This document shows, one piece after another, positions 6,823-14,564 of a stretch of 14,828 nucleotides of DNA. Source of the stretch: Sulfurimonadaceae bacterium (GTDB taxonomy: Bacteria; Campylobacterota; Campylobacteria; Campylobacterales; Sulfurimonadaceae). Below the pieces are notes generated by a model. That model had not been told where the DNA came from. It was given only the letters and a program-made list of their open reading frames with translations, and searched no databases. Positions within the stretch are counted from its first letter, which is position 1. Each line of letters starts with the position of its first letter. Made by a program: the position numbers and the translations under genes. The stretch is from NCBI GenBank assembly GCA_041571435.1, contig JBFFUI010000047.1, positions 1 through 14,828 on the forward strand. The letters are read 5' to 3'.

Positions 6823-8457
6823 ATGAAACAATTGGTCTCCCTTTTTCTCCTGCTCTCTCTCGCTACGGCACCGCTCTCTGCAGAGACGATTGTCCACACC
6901 ATTATCCCGAAACCACAGCTGTTTCAACCACTGCAAGAGACCTTCACACTCACAGAGCAGACAAAGTTCGATACCGCGACACCGCTCGCTTCCAATGCCA
7001 TCGAGTATTTGCAACAGCAGTTGCAGTTGAATGCGGACTACACAATAAAAGAAGGGACATCACCTCATCATAACCATATCTCTTACGACTTCGACTCAAC
7101 TGTAAAAGAAGAGGCTTACATCCTTCGCATCACTGCTCAAAATATCGTGATCAAGGCCAGCAGCCCGTCCGGTTTTTTTTATGCCACGGCAAGTTTGATG
7201 CAGCTAATGGATCACCGTATCTGGTCACAGGAGAAGTCCGGCGTACCCCAAGAAGCCTGGGAGCTTCCAGCCTGCTATATAGAGGACGCGCCCCGTTTCA
7301 GATGGCGGGGCATGATGTTGGACAGCGCACGCAACTTCTTCTCGGTCGCCTATGTCAAAAAGTTCATCGACCGCATGGCCCAGTACAAGCTCAACGTCTT
7401 TCACTGGCACCTGACGGATGACGAGGGGTGGCGGCTGGAGATCAAGTCGTACCCGCAGCTGACAGCAGTGGGTGCCAAACGCGGTCCCGGCACCAAACTC
7501 CCCTTCGTGCTCTATCCGGCGATGCGCGGCCCGAAAGAGAAGGTGCAGCAAGGGTACTATACCCAGGATGAGATCAGAGAAGTGGTTGCGTTCGCGGCCA
7601 AACGCAGCGTCAGTATCTTGCCGGAGATCGATACCCCTGCCCATGCCAAAGCAGCCGTTACAGCCTACCCTCAACTCCTGCAGGACCCCGATGACAAAAG
7701 TCGTTACACCTCCGTCCAAAAAGTCGGCAACAACACCATGGATCCCGGCCTAAAGAGTACCTATCTCTTTTTAGACAAGGTCATCGAAGAGGTGACGACA
7801 CTGTTTCCCTTTGCATACATCCACCTCGGCGGCGATGAGATACCCAAAGGCGCATGGAGCAAGTCGCCCGCAGTCGCCCGCTTGATGCAAAAAGAGCATC
7901 TGCACAATATGAAAGAGGTAGAGGCCTACTTTTTTACCGAGGTGGACAGAGTGCTCGAAAAACATGACCGCAAGCTGATCGCCTGGCAGGAGGTACGCGC
8001 GCACAACAGTGCACTGCGTGATGACACCGTCATCATGGCCTGGCGGGGCGACGGTGCCGGTAAAAAAGCAGCTGAAAACGCCCAAAAGGTGATCATGGCA
8101 CCGGCAGAGTACCTCTATTTTGACCAGCAGTATAGAGAAGGTAAAAACGAGTATGGCCACACCTGGGCAGGCCCTACCGATACCAAAGAGGTCTACGGCT
8201 ATGATCCGACGGCTGCACTTAGATCGTCAGAAGCCGCACAGTTCGTCCAAGGGGTCCATGGATGTCTTTGGAGCGAGACTGCACTAACCGAGGAGATCGC
8301 CGACTACCTGGCCTGGCCAAGAATTCTGGCACTCTCAGAAGTAGGCTGGAGCGATCAAGAAACACGCCAATGGAGCGACTTCAAGCGCCGTGCTTTTGAG
8401 AGCGGCATTAAACGTCTTGAACGTCAGCATATACGCTACAGAAAAGCTGCAAAGTAG
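6823..8457 (+). CDS. Secreted/periplasmic beta-N-acetylhexosaminidase, glycoside hydrolase family 20
   Basis: Sec signal peptide (MKQLVSLFLLLSLATAPLSA), GH20b domain (IIPKPQ, EEAYIL), DAPRFRWRGMMLDSARNFF, HWHLTDDEGWR, PEIDTPAH, catalytic HLGGDE, LWSE. Confidence 0.95.
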   Translation: MKQLVSLFLLLSLATAPLSAETIVHTIIPKPQLFQPLQETFTLTEQTKFDTATPLASNAIEYLQQQLQLNADYTIKEGTSPHHNHISYDFDSTVKEEAYILRITAQNIVIKASSPSGFFYATASLMQLMDHRIWSQEKSGVPQEAWELPACYIEDAPRFRWRGMMLDSARNFFSVAYVKKFIDRMAQYKLNVFHWHLTDDEGWRLEIKSYPQLTAVGAKRGPGTKLPFVLYPAMRGPKEKVQQGYYTQDEIREVVAFAAKRSVSILPEIDTPAHAKAAVTAYPQLLQDPDDKSRYTSVQKVGNNTMDPGLKSTYLFLDKVIEEVTTLFPFAYIHLGGDEIPKGAWSKSPAVARLMQKEHLHNMKEVEAYFFTEVDRVLEKHDRKLIAWQEVRAHNSALRDDTVIMAWRGDGAGKKAAENAQKVIMAPAEYLYFDQQYREGKNEYGHTWAGPTDTKEVYGYDPTAALRSSEAAQFVQGVHGCLWSETALTEEIADYLAWPRILALSEVGWSDQETRQWSDFKRRAFESGIKRLERQHIRYRKAAK

Positions 8458-8518
8458 TCACTATGCGCTGTTATTTACCCATAAATACTATAATAGTATA
8501 ACTATATTCAAGGCAATA

Positions 8519-8821
8519 ATGATGGAATTAAAAGAGTGTAAGACATTGGAAGAGGTACGAACTGAGATCGACAAACTTGATGACCAGATCGTCGAGTTGA
8601 TCGGGGCGCGCAACGGTTATATCAAACAGGCGGCAAAATTTAAAAACACCATTGAAGAGGTCAAAGCGCCTGATCGCATTAACGAGATCATGGCGAAGGT
8701 CCGCCATAAGGCATTGACCCTGGGCATGTCGCCGAACCTTCTGGAAGAGATCTACACGATCATGATCAATGAGATGGTCGAATCAGAGATCGCCGAGATG
8801 AGAAACGCCAGCGTATTTTAG
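8519..8821 (+). CDS. Chorismate mutase type II / isochorismate-pyruvate lyase (PchB-like) family protein
   Basis: LEEVRTEIDKLDDQIVELIGAR...AAKFK...APDR, about 100 aa. AAGG at 8510-8513 and TATAAT at 8489-8494. Start is ATG 8519 or 8522, not 8390. Confidence 0.88.
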   Translation: MMELKECKTLEEVRTEIDKLDDQIVELIGARNGYIKQAAKFKNTIEEVKAPDRINEIMAKVRHKALTLGMSPNLLEEIYTIMINEMVESEIAEMRNASVF

Positions 8822-8829
8822 AGTGTTTA

Positions 8830-8854
8830 CTCCGCCAAGTGCGTCTTGGCAGAG
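8830..8854. terminator. Hairpin between the convergent chorismate mutase and GGDEF genes
   Basis: CTCCGCCAAG-TGCGT-CTTGGCAGAG gives a 10-bp stem with one G-U on the minus strand. No clear U-tract. Confidence 0.4.
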
Positions 8855-8860
8855 AGCGAA

Positions 8861-9733
8861 CTATCGCAATACTGTTTTATCGCGCCCGGCGTTTTTAGCT
8901 TCATAGAGGGCTTTGTCAGCTCGATCAATCATCAGCATCATATCTTTATCTTCGGCTTTGACTTCAGTAACACCGAGACTGACCGTAAAATAGATAGGTG
9001 CCTTATCCGTCTTGACATGAATGTTTTTGGCGGCAAAACGTACTTTCTCCGCTACCTTGACCGCATTGACACCATTGGTCTCAGGTAAAACAATGCAGAA
9101 CTCATCCCCGCCCCAGCGACTGAAGATGTCGCCTTCGCGCAACACAGAAGAGACCTCTTTGGCAAACATCTTCAAAACCAGATCACCAAAGAAGTGACCA
9201 TGTTTGTCATTAATACTCTTGAAGTTGTCAATGTCTACAGAAACCAGCGAAAGCGGTTTTTTATAACGCTTGGCATTGGCAAAGTCACGTTTCAGCTCGA
9301 TGTTGAAAACACGACGGTTCATAATACCGGTCAGGTCATCGATACTGGCCAGTTCGATCAGTTTGACCTGGATCGCTTCATCATGTCGGATCCATTTTAT
9401 GATGGCAATGATGATAAAACCAAAACCGACGAGTCTGAAGAGGTCTTCCAGGATGTTGATACTCGAGAGGGAATATTCGTAAACAATCCCGACTGTACCG
9501 GTAAAAAGAGAGATATAGACAAAACTGAAACCGGCTGAAAGATAGTAATAGACGTCTTTGATCTTCATGATCTTCTGCACAATGAAAAGTGAGATCAGCA
9601 TGATGATAGAGATAGTGCCGTATACCACAAGACCAAAATAGTTGATCTCCGGATTTTTCGTCATAAAAACACTTTCGAACAACAAAAACAGCAGTGACAA
9701 CAGTACGATAACACTCGGATAAATATACTTCAC
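8861..9733 (-). CDS. Membrane-anchored diguanylate cyclase (about 4 TM segments plus GGDEF domain)
   Basis: DDLTGIMNRR, DIDNFKSINDKHGH, RWGGDEF with an RxxD I-site (REGD) five residues upstream, ADKALYEAK. GTG start with AAAGGA RBS. Confidence 0.95.
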   Translation of the reverse strand: MKYIYPSVIVLLSLLFLLFESVFMTKNPEINYFGLVVYGTISIIMLISLFIVQKIMKIKDVYYYLSAGFSFVYISLFTGTVGIVYEYSLSSINILEDLFRLVGFGFIIIAIIKWIRHDEAIQVKLIELASIDDLTGIMNRRVFNIELKRDFANAKRYKKPLSLVSVDIDNFKSINDKHGHFFGDLVLKMFAKEVSSVLREGDIFSRWGGDEFCIVLPETNGVNAVKVAEKVRFAAKNIHVKTDKAPIYFTVSLGVTEVKAEDKDMMLMIDRADKALYEAKNAGRDKTVLR

Positions 9734-9789
9734 GTATATCCTTTACAGTAAACACAATCTAAGATGCAAAAGCGCTCTTATATTGTCTA

Positions 9790-9820
9790 GGACATGGTTA
9801 AAAGTATTTTAACCATGTCC
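9790..9820. repeat. Perfect 14-bp inverted repeat upstream of the GGDEF gene
   Basis: GGACATGGTTAAAA-GTA-TTTTAACCATGTCC. Confidence 0.85.
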
Positions 9821-9870
9821 CTAATATATATCTAATTATAAGGCTTTTTCATTAATAGCCTACTTAGTCC

Positions 9871-10851
9871 TTAGCTGGAAAACATATTTGTCAGGAAAAA
9901 ACGGGGGACACGCTCTTCCAGCCAGTAGGACGGTCTTAAGAGTGTCCCGCCGACAAAACCGACATGGCCGCCGTGTCGACTCACCTCGATCACGATGTTC
10001 TCTGAAAGAGAGCTCCTCTCTGGCAGCACAGTCGGCGGCATAAACGGATCGTCCTTAGCATGGATGATCAATGCAGGCGTGGTAATATACTTGAGGTACT
10101 GCTGGGCGCTTGAGCGGGTATAGTACTCCTCTGCATTCCTGAATCCGTGTATCGGTCCGGTAAAACGGTCATCATATTCCCAGAAGCTCTTCATCACAGA
10201 GACCTCCTCTTTCTTCAGACCGATGATCTTCGCATAATCATGTCTGCCGAACTTTTTCAACAGGTTCGCTTTTAGACTCCGCATCAGGACCCATTGATAA
10301 AAACGCGAAGCACCGCGGTTGATATGGTCTGCCGTCTGCTCAAGCCGAAAAGGGGCTGAGACACTGACAGCAGCAAACAGGGGTGACGCATCGCCAAGTT
10401 CACCCTGCAGCTTCATCAACATGTTCCCGCCCAACGAATAGCCGATAGCACCCAGAGGGCGATCTGGAAAACGGTTGGCCAGGTGTGCAATAAATGCTTT
10501 GGCGTCTTCTGTTTCGCCGCTGTGATAGGCGCGCGCCAAACGGTTTTGCTCATCAAAACAGCCACGAAAATGCATCACTACCGAGTTGAACCCTCTCTTC
10601 TCCAGTGCTTCCATCATCCTGAAGGCATACGGAGAGTGTACAGAGCCTTCCAGACCGTGAAAAAGGATGATGATTGGACGTCTCTCTTCATCGGGCAGCT
10701 GCTTCCAGGCCAAATCCAGAAAATCACCATCATCAAGCGCAAAACAACGGTGGACGAAATGTGCTTTTCGAAAGCTGTTTAACAGCGATGGCAGTGTTGT
10801 CTGAAAATGGGGGTTGGAAAAACCCTTCATCGGGGTGAAAGAGGCGCTCAC
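9871..10851 (-). CDS. YheT-family alpha/beta hydrolase
   Basis: NPHFQT, HGLEGS, YHSGET, nucleophile GYSLGG, DDPF, GGHVGF. GTGA overlap with the ABC transporter stop. Confidence 0.92.
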   Translation of the reverse strand: MSASFTPMKGFSNPHFQTTLPSLLNSFRKAHFVHRCFALDDGDFLDLAWKQLPDEERRPIIILFHGLEGSVHSPYAFRMMEALEKRGFNSVVMHFRGCFDEQNRLARAYHSGETEDAKAFIAHLANRFPDRPLGAIGYSLGGNMLMKLQGELGDASPLFAAVSVSAPFRLEQTADHINRGASRFYQWVLMRSLKANLLKKFGRHDYAKIIGLKKEEVSVMKSFWEYDDRFTGPIHGFRNAEEYYTRSSAQQYLKYITTPALIIHAKDDPFMPPTVLPERSSLSENIVIEVSRHGGHVGFVGGTLLRPSYWLEERVPRFFLTNMFSS

Positions 10852-12614
10852 CGCTGCTCTTCGACAAACTTGTGGTAGTGCCCCTCTTCAGAGAGAAGCG
10901 CTTCGGGTGTGCCGGACTCGACGATACGACCCTCCTTCATCACATAGACGTAGTCTGCATGTTCGACACTGCTGAGACGGTGGGCAATGATCAGCATGCT
11001 TTGGCCTTCCAAAAAGTCGCGCAGCGACGTAAAAAGGTTTTTCTCCGTATGGACATCCAGTGCCGACGTTGACTCATCCAAGATCACAAGATTGGGACGA
11101 TGGACCAGCATCCTGGCAATCGCCAGTCGCTGGCGTTCGCCACCGGAGAGACGCACACCCTCTTTGCCGATCATCGTGTCCAGCCCTTTGTCCAGTTTTT
11201 CCAGGACCGTGTCAAGCTGGGCAATGGAGATGGCCTGGTACAGTCTCTCCTCGTCAACGTCCCGACCCAGAGTGAGGTTTTGGCGCAGTGTGTCATTGAA
11301 CATGCGCGGCGACTGCAGGACGAGTGCGATATGCTCACGAAGCTGGTCAAGCCCTATCTCATCGATAGGGCTATCATCCACATAAACGCTTCCCTTTTCA
11401 TGTGCGTAGAGTCCCAGAATGATCTGTGCAAGCGTACTCTTGCCGCTGCCGCTTGACCCCAGCAGTGCAACGGTCTTGCCTTTTGGTATCGCCATGGAGA
11501 TATTGTGCAGGACCTCTTTCTCGCCGTAGGAGAAGGAGACATTTTCAAGACGAAGCGTATTGGTGACACTCTCGGTAAAGGGGTTGCGTTTGTGCGGGTA
11601 CTGCGGCTCCTGTTTCAGCGCCAACAGGGCGTTAAGGCGCTCCAGTGCACTGTTGGCATTCTGGTAGGAGAAAATGATCTGTAAAAAGTCCTGCAGCGGT
11701 GTCACCATAAACCAGAGATACCCCAAAACGGCAAACATCTCGCCCAATGAGAGGTCGGAAAAAAGCACCATGATCATCGCTGTGGCACGGAAGAATTCAA
11801 ACCCTGAGAGAAAGACAAACCCCGAAAGCTGTCCGGCCGCCTCGCTTTTCCAGCCAAAGGCGGTTGACGCCTCTTTGATGGCCCTGGCATTGGCGATCAT
11901 CTTTTTGATGTAGTGCTTTTCCTGGTTAAAGGCGCGGATCTGCACAAACAGATCAAGCGTCTCGCTCAGGTCGTTTTGAAAAGACTCCACCTTCTGGTTT
12001 TCCGTTGCTTTGAGTTTTCGGACACGGCGTCCCAAAAAGATGGTCAGCAGAAGAACGGCCGGATTGATGATCAGAATGATCAGCCCCAGTTTCCAGTTGA
12101 TATAGAGCAGGATGAAAGCAATGCCGATCAGCGAAAAAACGGAGACGGCAAACTTGGCGATGCTCACCCCGATAAAGGCGTCCACCGTGTCAATGTCCGT
12201 CACCATTTTGGCACTGACACCACCGCCGCCAAGCGCCTCATATTCCGAGACGGAGACCTTTTCCAGATGCGACAGCAGCCGTTTTCGGATGGTAAAGACG
12301 ATGGACTTTGAAAGGCCGATAAAAAGACGAAGCTGGATGACGTTCAAAACAACATAGAAGATACGTAAGAACAGTGTCACCGCCAGGACAATCAAGATGT
12401 AATAGTAGGGCTGACTTGGGTCAAAAAGCCTCTCTATCACCGCAACAAGCTCACCCGGTTTGCCCAGGATGACCTGGTCGATAAGAAGCGGGAAGAGAAG
12501 CGGTATCGGCAGCGAGACGATCACCGCAAAAAGCGCGACAAACTGAGCGAGAGTGATCTTCAGCCGATAGGGCTTTGTCTCATTGAGAAGGGCCGACCAG
12601 GTGATCTGTTGCAT
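10848..12614 (-). CDS. ABC exporter, fused transmembrane and ATP-binding domains (MsbA/multidrug type)
   Basis: Hydrophobic N-terminal half, Walker A GSSGSGKST, signature LSGGERQR, Walker B ILDES, H-loop IAHR. Confidence 0.95.
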   Translation of the reverse strand: MQQITWSALLNETKPYRLKITLAQFVALFAVIVSLPIPLLFPLLIDQVILGKPGELVAVIERLFDPSQPYYYILIVLAVTLFLRIFYVVLNVIQLRLFIGLSKSIVFTIRKRLLSHLEKVSVSEYEALGGGGVSAKMVTDIDTVDAFIGVSIAKFAVSVFSLIGIAFILLYINWKLGLIILIINPAVLLLTIFLGRRVRKLKATENQKVESFQNDLSETLDLFVQIRAFNQEKHYIKKMIANARAIKEASTAFGWKSEAAGQLSGFVFLSGFEFFRATAMIMVLFSDLSLGEMFAVLGYLWFMVTPLQDFLQIIFSYQNANSALERLNALLALKQEPQYPHKRNPFTESVTNTLRLENVSFSYGEKEVLHNISMAIPKGKTVALLGSSGSGKSTLAQIILGLYAHEKGSVYVDDSPIDEIGLDQLREHIALVLQSPRMFNDTLRQNLTLGRDVDEERLYQAISIAQLDTVLEKLDKGLDTMIGKEGVRLSGGERQRLAIARMLVHRPNLVILDESTSALDVHTEKNLFTSLRDFLEGQSMLIIAHRLSSVEHADYVYVMKEGRIVESGTPEALLSEEGHYHKFVEEQR

Positions 12615-12650
12615 AAATACTCTTATAACTTATCGATTGAAGGATGTCGG

Positions 12651-13292
12651 TTATTGACGTGAAAACGTTGAATTTTCAACGATCACCGGATAGAAGTAGC
12701 CGTACCCAAAATCTTTTTCACTCGCGACGACACCTTCGGCAGTGACTACACTGCCCACTTTAGGCATCTTTTCCTGGGTTGTAAAGACCAGATAGTCTTG
12801 ACCTTTAAAGGCGCTGCCATCTTGCAAATGGACCCAGTTTCGTTTCATGATCTGTGACAGGACTTTCGTAACCTTACCGCGGACACGGACCTTTTCTCCA
12901 CTATAACAGTCACTCTTGGCCAAGAGTTTGGCAATCGTGATCGTCCCGTTTTGTTCATATTGAGACTCCATGACGTCAGGGATTGATACTGTTTCCTGCA
13001 TGATCTTCTCTTTTTCTACATCTGAAGCAAAAAGAACTTTATCAAAAGTACGGCCCAGACGTTTTGAGTAGAAATCCCTCTTCCAACCGCGTCCCCTGAA
13101 CTCGATTGCGTCGCCCTTCTTGACATTGCGCTTTGTCATCGCGATCCAGTACTGCGTATCACCCTCTTGTACCTTGATATAGGTATAGCGGCTGTTACTG
13201 TTTAGCGATTCGATCACCTCTGCCGTATGCGTTGCGGCATGCAATCCTGATGCAAAAAGCAGGGCCAATACAACGTTTTTTATTCTGTTCAT
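12651..13292 (-). CDS. Periplasmic NrfJ-related / OB-fold protein
   Basis: Signal peptide, YTYIKV...YWIA and SKRLGRTFDKVLF (recalled as NrfJ-like), C-terminal OB-like VRGKVTKV...NWVHLQDGS...KDFGYGY. Confidence 0.7.
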   Translation of the reverse strand: MNRIKNVVLALLFASGLHAATHTAEVIESLNSNSRYTYIKVQEGDTQYWIAMTKRNVKKGDAIEFRGRGWKRDFYSKRLGRTFDKVLFASDVEKEKIMQETVSIPDVMESQYEQNGTITIAKLLAKSDCYSGEKVRVRGKVTKVLSQIMKRNWVHLQDGSAFKGQDYLVFTTQEKMPKVGSVVTAEGVVASEKDFGYGYFYPVIVENSTFSRQ

Positions 13293-13294
13293 AT

Positions 13295-14491
13295 TTATCC
13301 CTTTAATGGTGTCACTGTACCAAAGAGCGTCTCGTTATCATAAAGCGAATGACTGTTCTGCAGAACAGTACTTTGCGTCGGGTCAAAAAGAACAAGATCG
13401 GCATCGTGACCGGCACGTATCTCACCTGCCTCTTGGCCAATAGACTGTGCCGGGTTATACACCGCAAGTCTGATCAGTTCAGCAAGATCGATCAGCCCGC
13501 TTTTTACCAGTTTTGTGTAGTAGAGACTGTAGGCATCTGCCAGTGCCTCACAACCGTAAGCCGCCTCGGCAAAAGCGACCTCCTTGTTCACAGGAGAGCT
13601 CGGCTGATGCAGCAGTGTCAGACTGTCGATCTTGCCCTCTGTCAATGCTGTCTGAAGTGCCAACATCGCCTCTTTTTGCGGCAGTGGCGGGTTGAGTTTG
13701 GCCGTCGTGTTAAAGTCGCTGCACGCTTCGTCACAGTGTAAAAGGTGATGAAGGCTCACCTCGCACGAGACATCAACACTCTCCTCTTTCGCCTTGGTGA
13801 TCAAGGCAATAGAGCGTGGCGATGCGATGCTCTTAAAGACGATACGGATCTCATATTGGCGGGCTATTTCGATCATGCGGGCGACATGTACGACTTCGCC
13901 GAACGGCGGGATTCCGACCAGTCCCAAACTGGTTGCAACGGCGCCTTCAACCATAACACCGACAGAGGAAAGGCTGGTATCCTGCGCTTTACAAAAGAGT
14001 GTCGCCTGATGCATTTTCACATACTCGGCGATGCGGCAGGCGGTATTATTGCTGACAGCGGTTGTCATATAGGGTGCCTTTGCCCCGTTTTTGAGCAAAA
14101 TGGCAATATTACTGAGCCGTTCATCTTCGTCGACGGTGGCAATAGTGCTCATCAGATCCACGCGTTTTTCGCGTTTTTGGTGGGCCTGTACAAACTCCAG
14201 CACAATGCTGTCGTTGATACTGGGTGTACAGTCCGGTGCCAGGACCAGACGTGTAACGCCCCCTTGTTGTGCCTCTTTGGCAACACCTTTGAGTGTCGCC
14301 GCATTGAGGTGAGCATCTTTCAGGCGGACATTGGTGTCAACCAGACCGGGAAGAAGATAGGCTCCTTTGGCATCGATCACCGTATCGCTTGTAAGGCCTT
14401 CACCGACAGCAACTATCTTCCCCTCTTCTATCAAAACATCTTCTCTACGTTCACCATTTATATCACAAACTACTGCATTGATAACCAGCAT
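13295..14491 (-). CDS. Dihydroorotase-like amidohydrolase lacking the canonical metal ligands (PyrC'/pseudo-DHOase)
   Basis: IDAKGAYLLPGLVD, GGVT, CEVSLHHL, KLNPPL, ADLVLFD. The expected HxH reads NVR and the expected TDHAP reads LLHQP. Confidence 0.88.
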   Translation of the reverse strand: MLVINAVVCDINGERREDVLIEEGKIVAVGEGLTSDTVIDAKGAYLLPGLVDTNVRLKDAHLNAATLKGVAKEAQQGGVTRLVLAPDCTPSINDSIVLEFVQAHQKREKRVDLMSTIATVDEDERLSNIAILLKNGAKAPYMTTAVSNNTACRIAEYVKMHQATLFCKAQDTSLSSVGVMVEGAVATSLGLVGIPPFGEVVHVARMIEIARQYEIRIVFKSIASPRSIALITKAKEESVDVSCEVSLHHLLHCDEACSDFNTTAKLNPPLPQKEAMLALQTALTEGKIDSLTLLHQPSSPVNKEVAFAEAAYGCEALADAYSLYYTKLVKSGLIDLAELIRLAVYNPAQSIGQEAGEIRAGHDADLVLFDPTQSTVLQNSHSLYDNETLFGTVTPLKG

Positions 14492-14504
14492 ACACTCTCT
14501 CTTT

Positions 14505-14526
14505 TGCTATAATAAGAGTTATTATA
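14505..14526. promoter_or_regulatory. Symmetric divergent promoter: TGcTATAAT (+, 14505-14513) and TATAAT (-, 14521-14526)
   Basis: TATAATAA-GAG-TTATTATA palindrome in the 73-bp gap between the divergent pyrC'-like and cytochrome c genes. Confidence 0.6.
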
Positions 14527-14564
14527 CTATAAGGTCTTTAGAAGTGCCTCGAATAAGGTTGAAT

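Noticed and set aside
8390-8518. 43-codon N-terminal extension of the chorismate mutase ORF
   Set aside because: It overlaps the GH20 end and an AT-rich promoter region; the RBS and domain start point to ATG 8519/8522.
9734-9830. c-di-GMP riboswitch in the GGDEF leader
   Set aside because: No GNRA tetraloop/receptor two-stem architecture is visible, only a single perfect hairpin.
12615-12630. Fourth leaderless promoter before the ABC exporter (TATAAG-N7-ATG)
   Set aside because: It lacks the conserved final T of the -10 box, and AAGAG could equally act as a weak SD.
13745-14512. 255-aa plus-strand ORF
   Set aside because: Antisense shadow of the dihydroorotase-like gene with no motifs.
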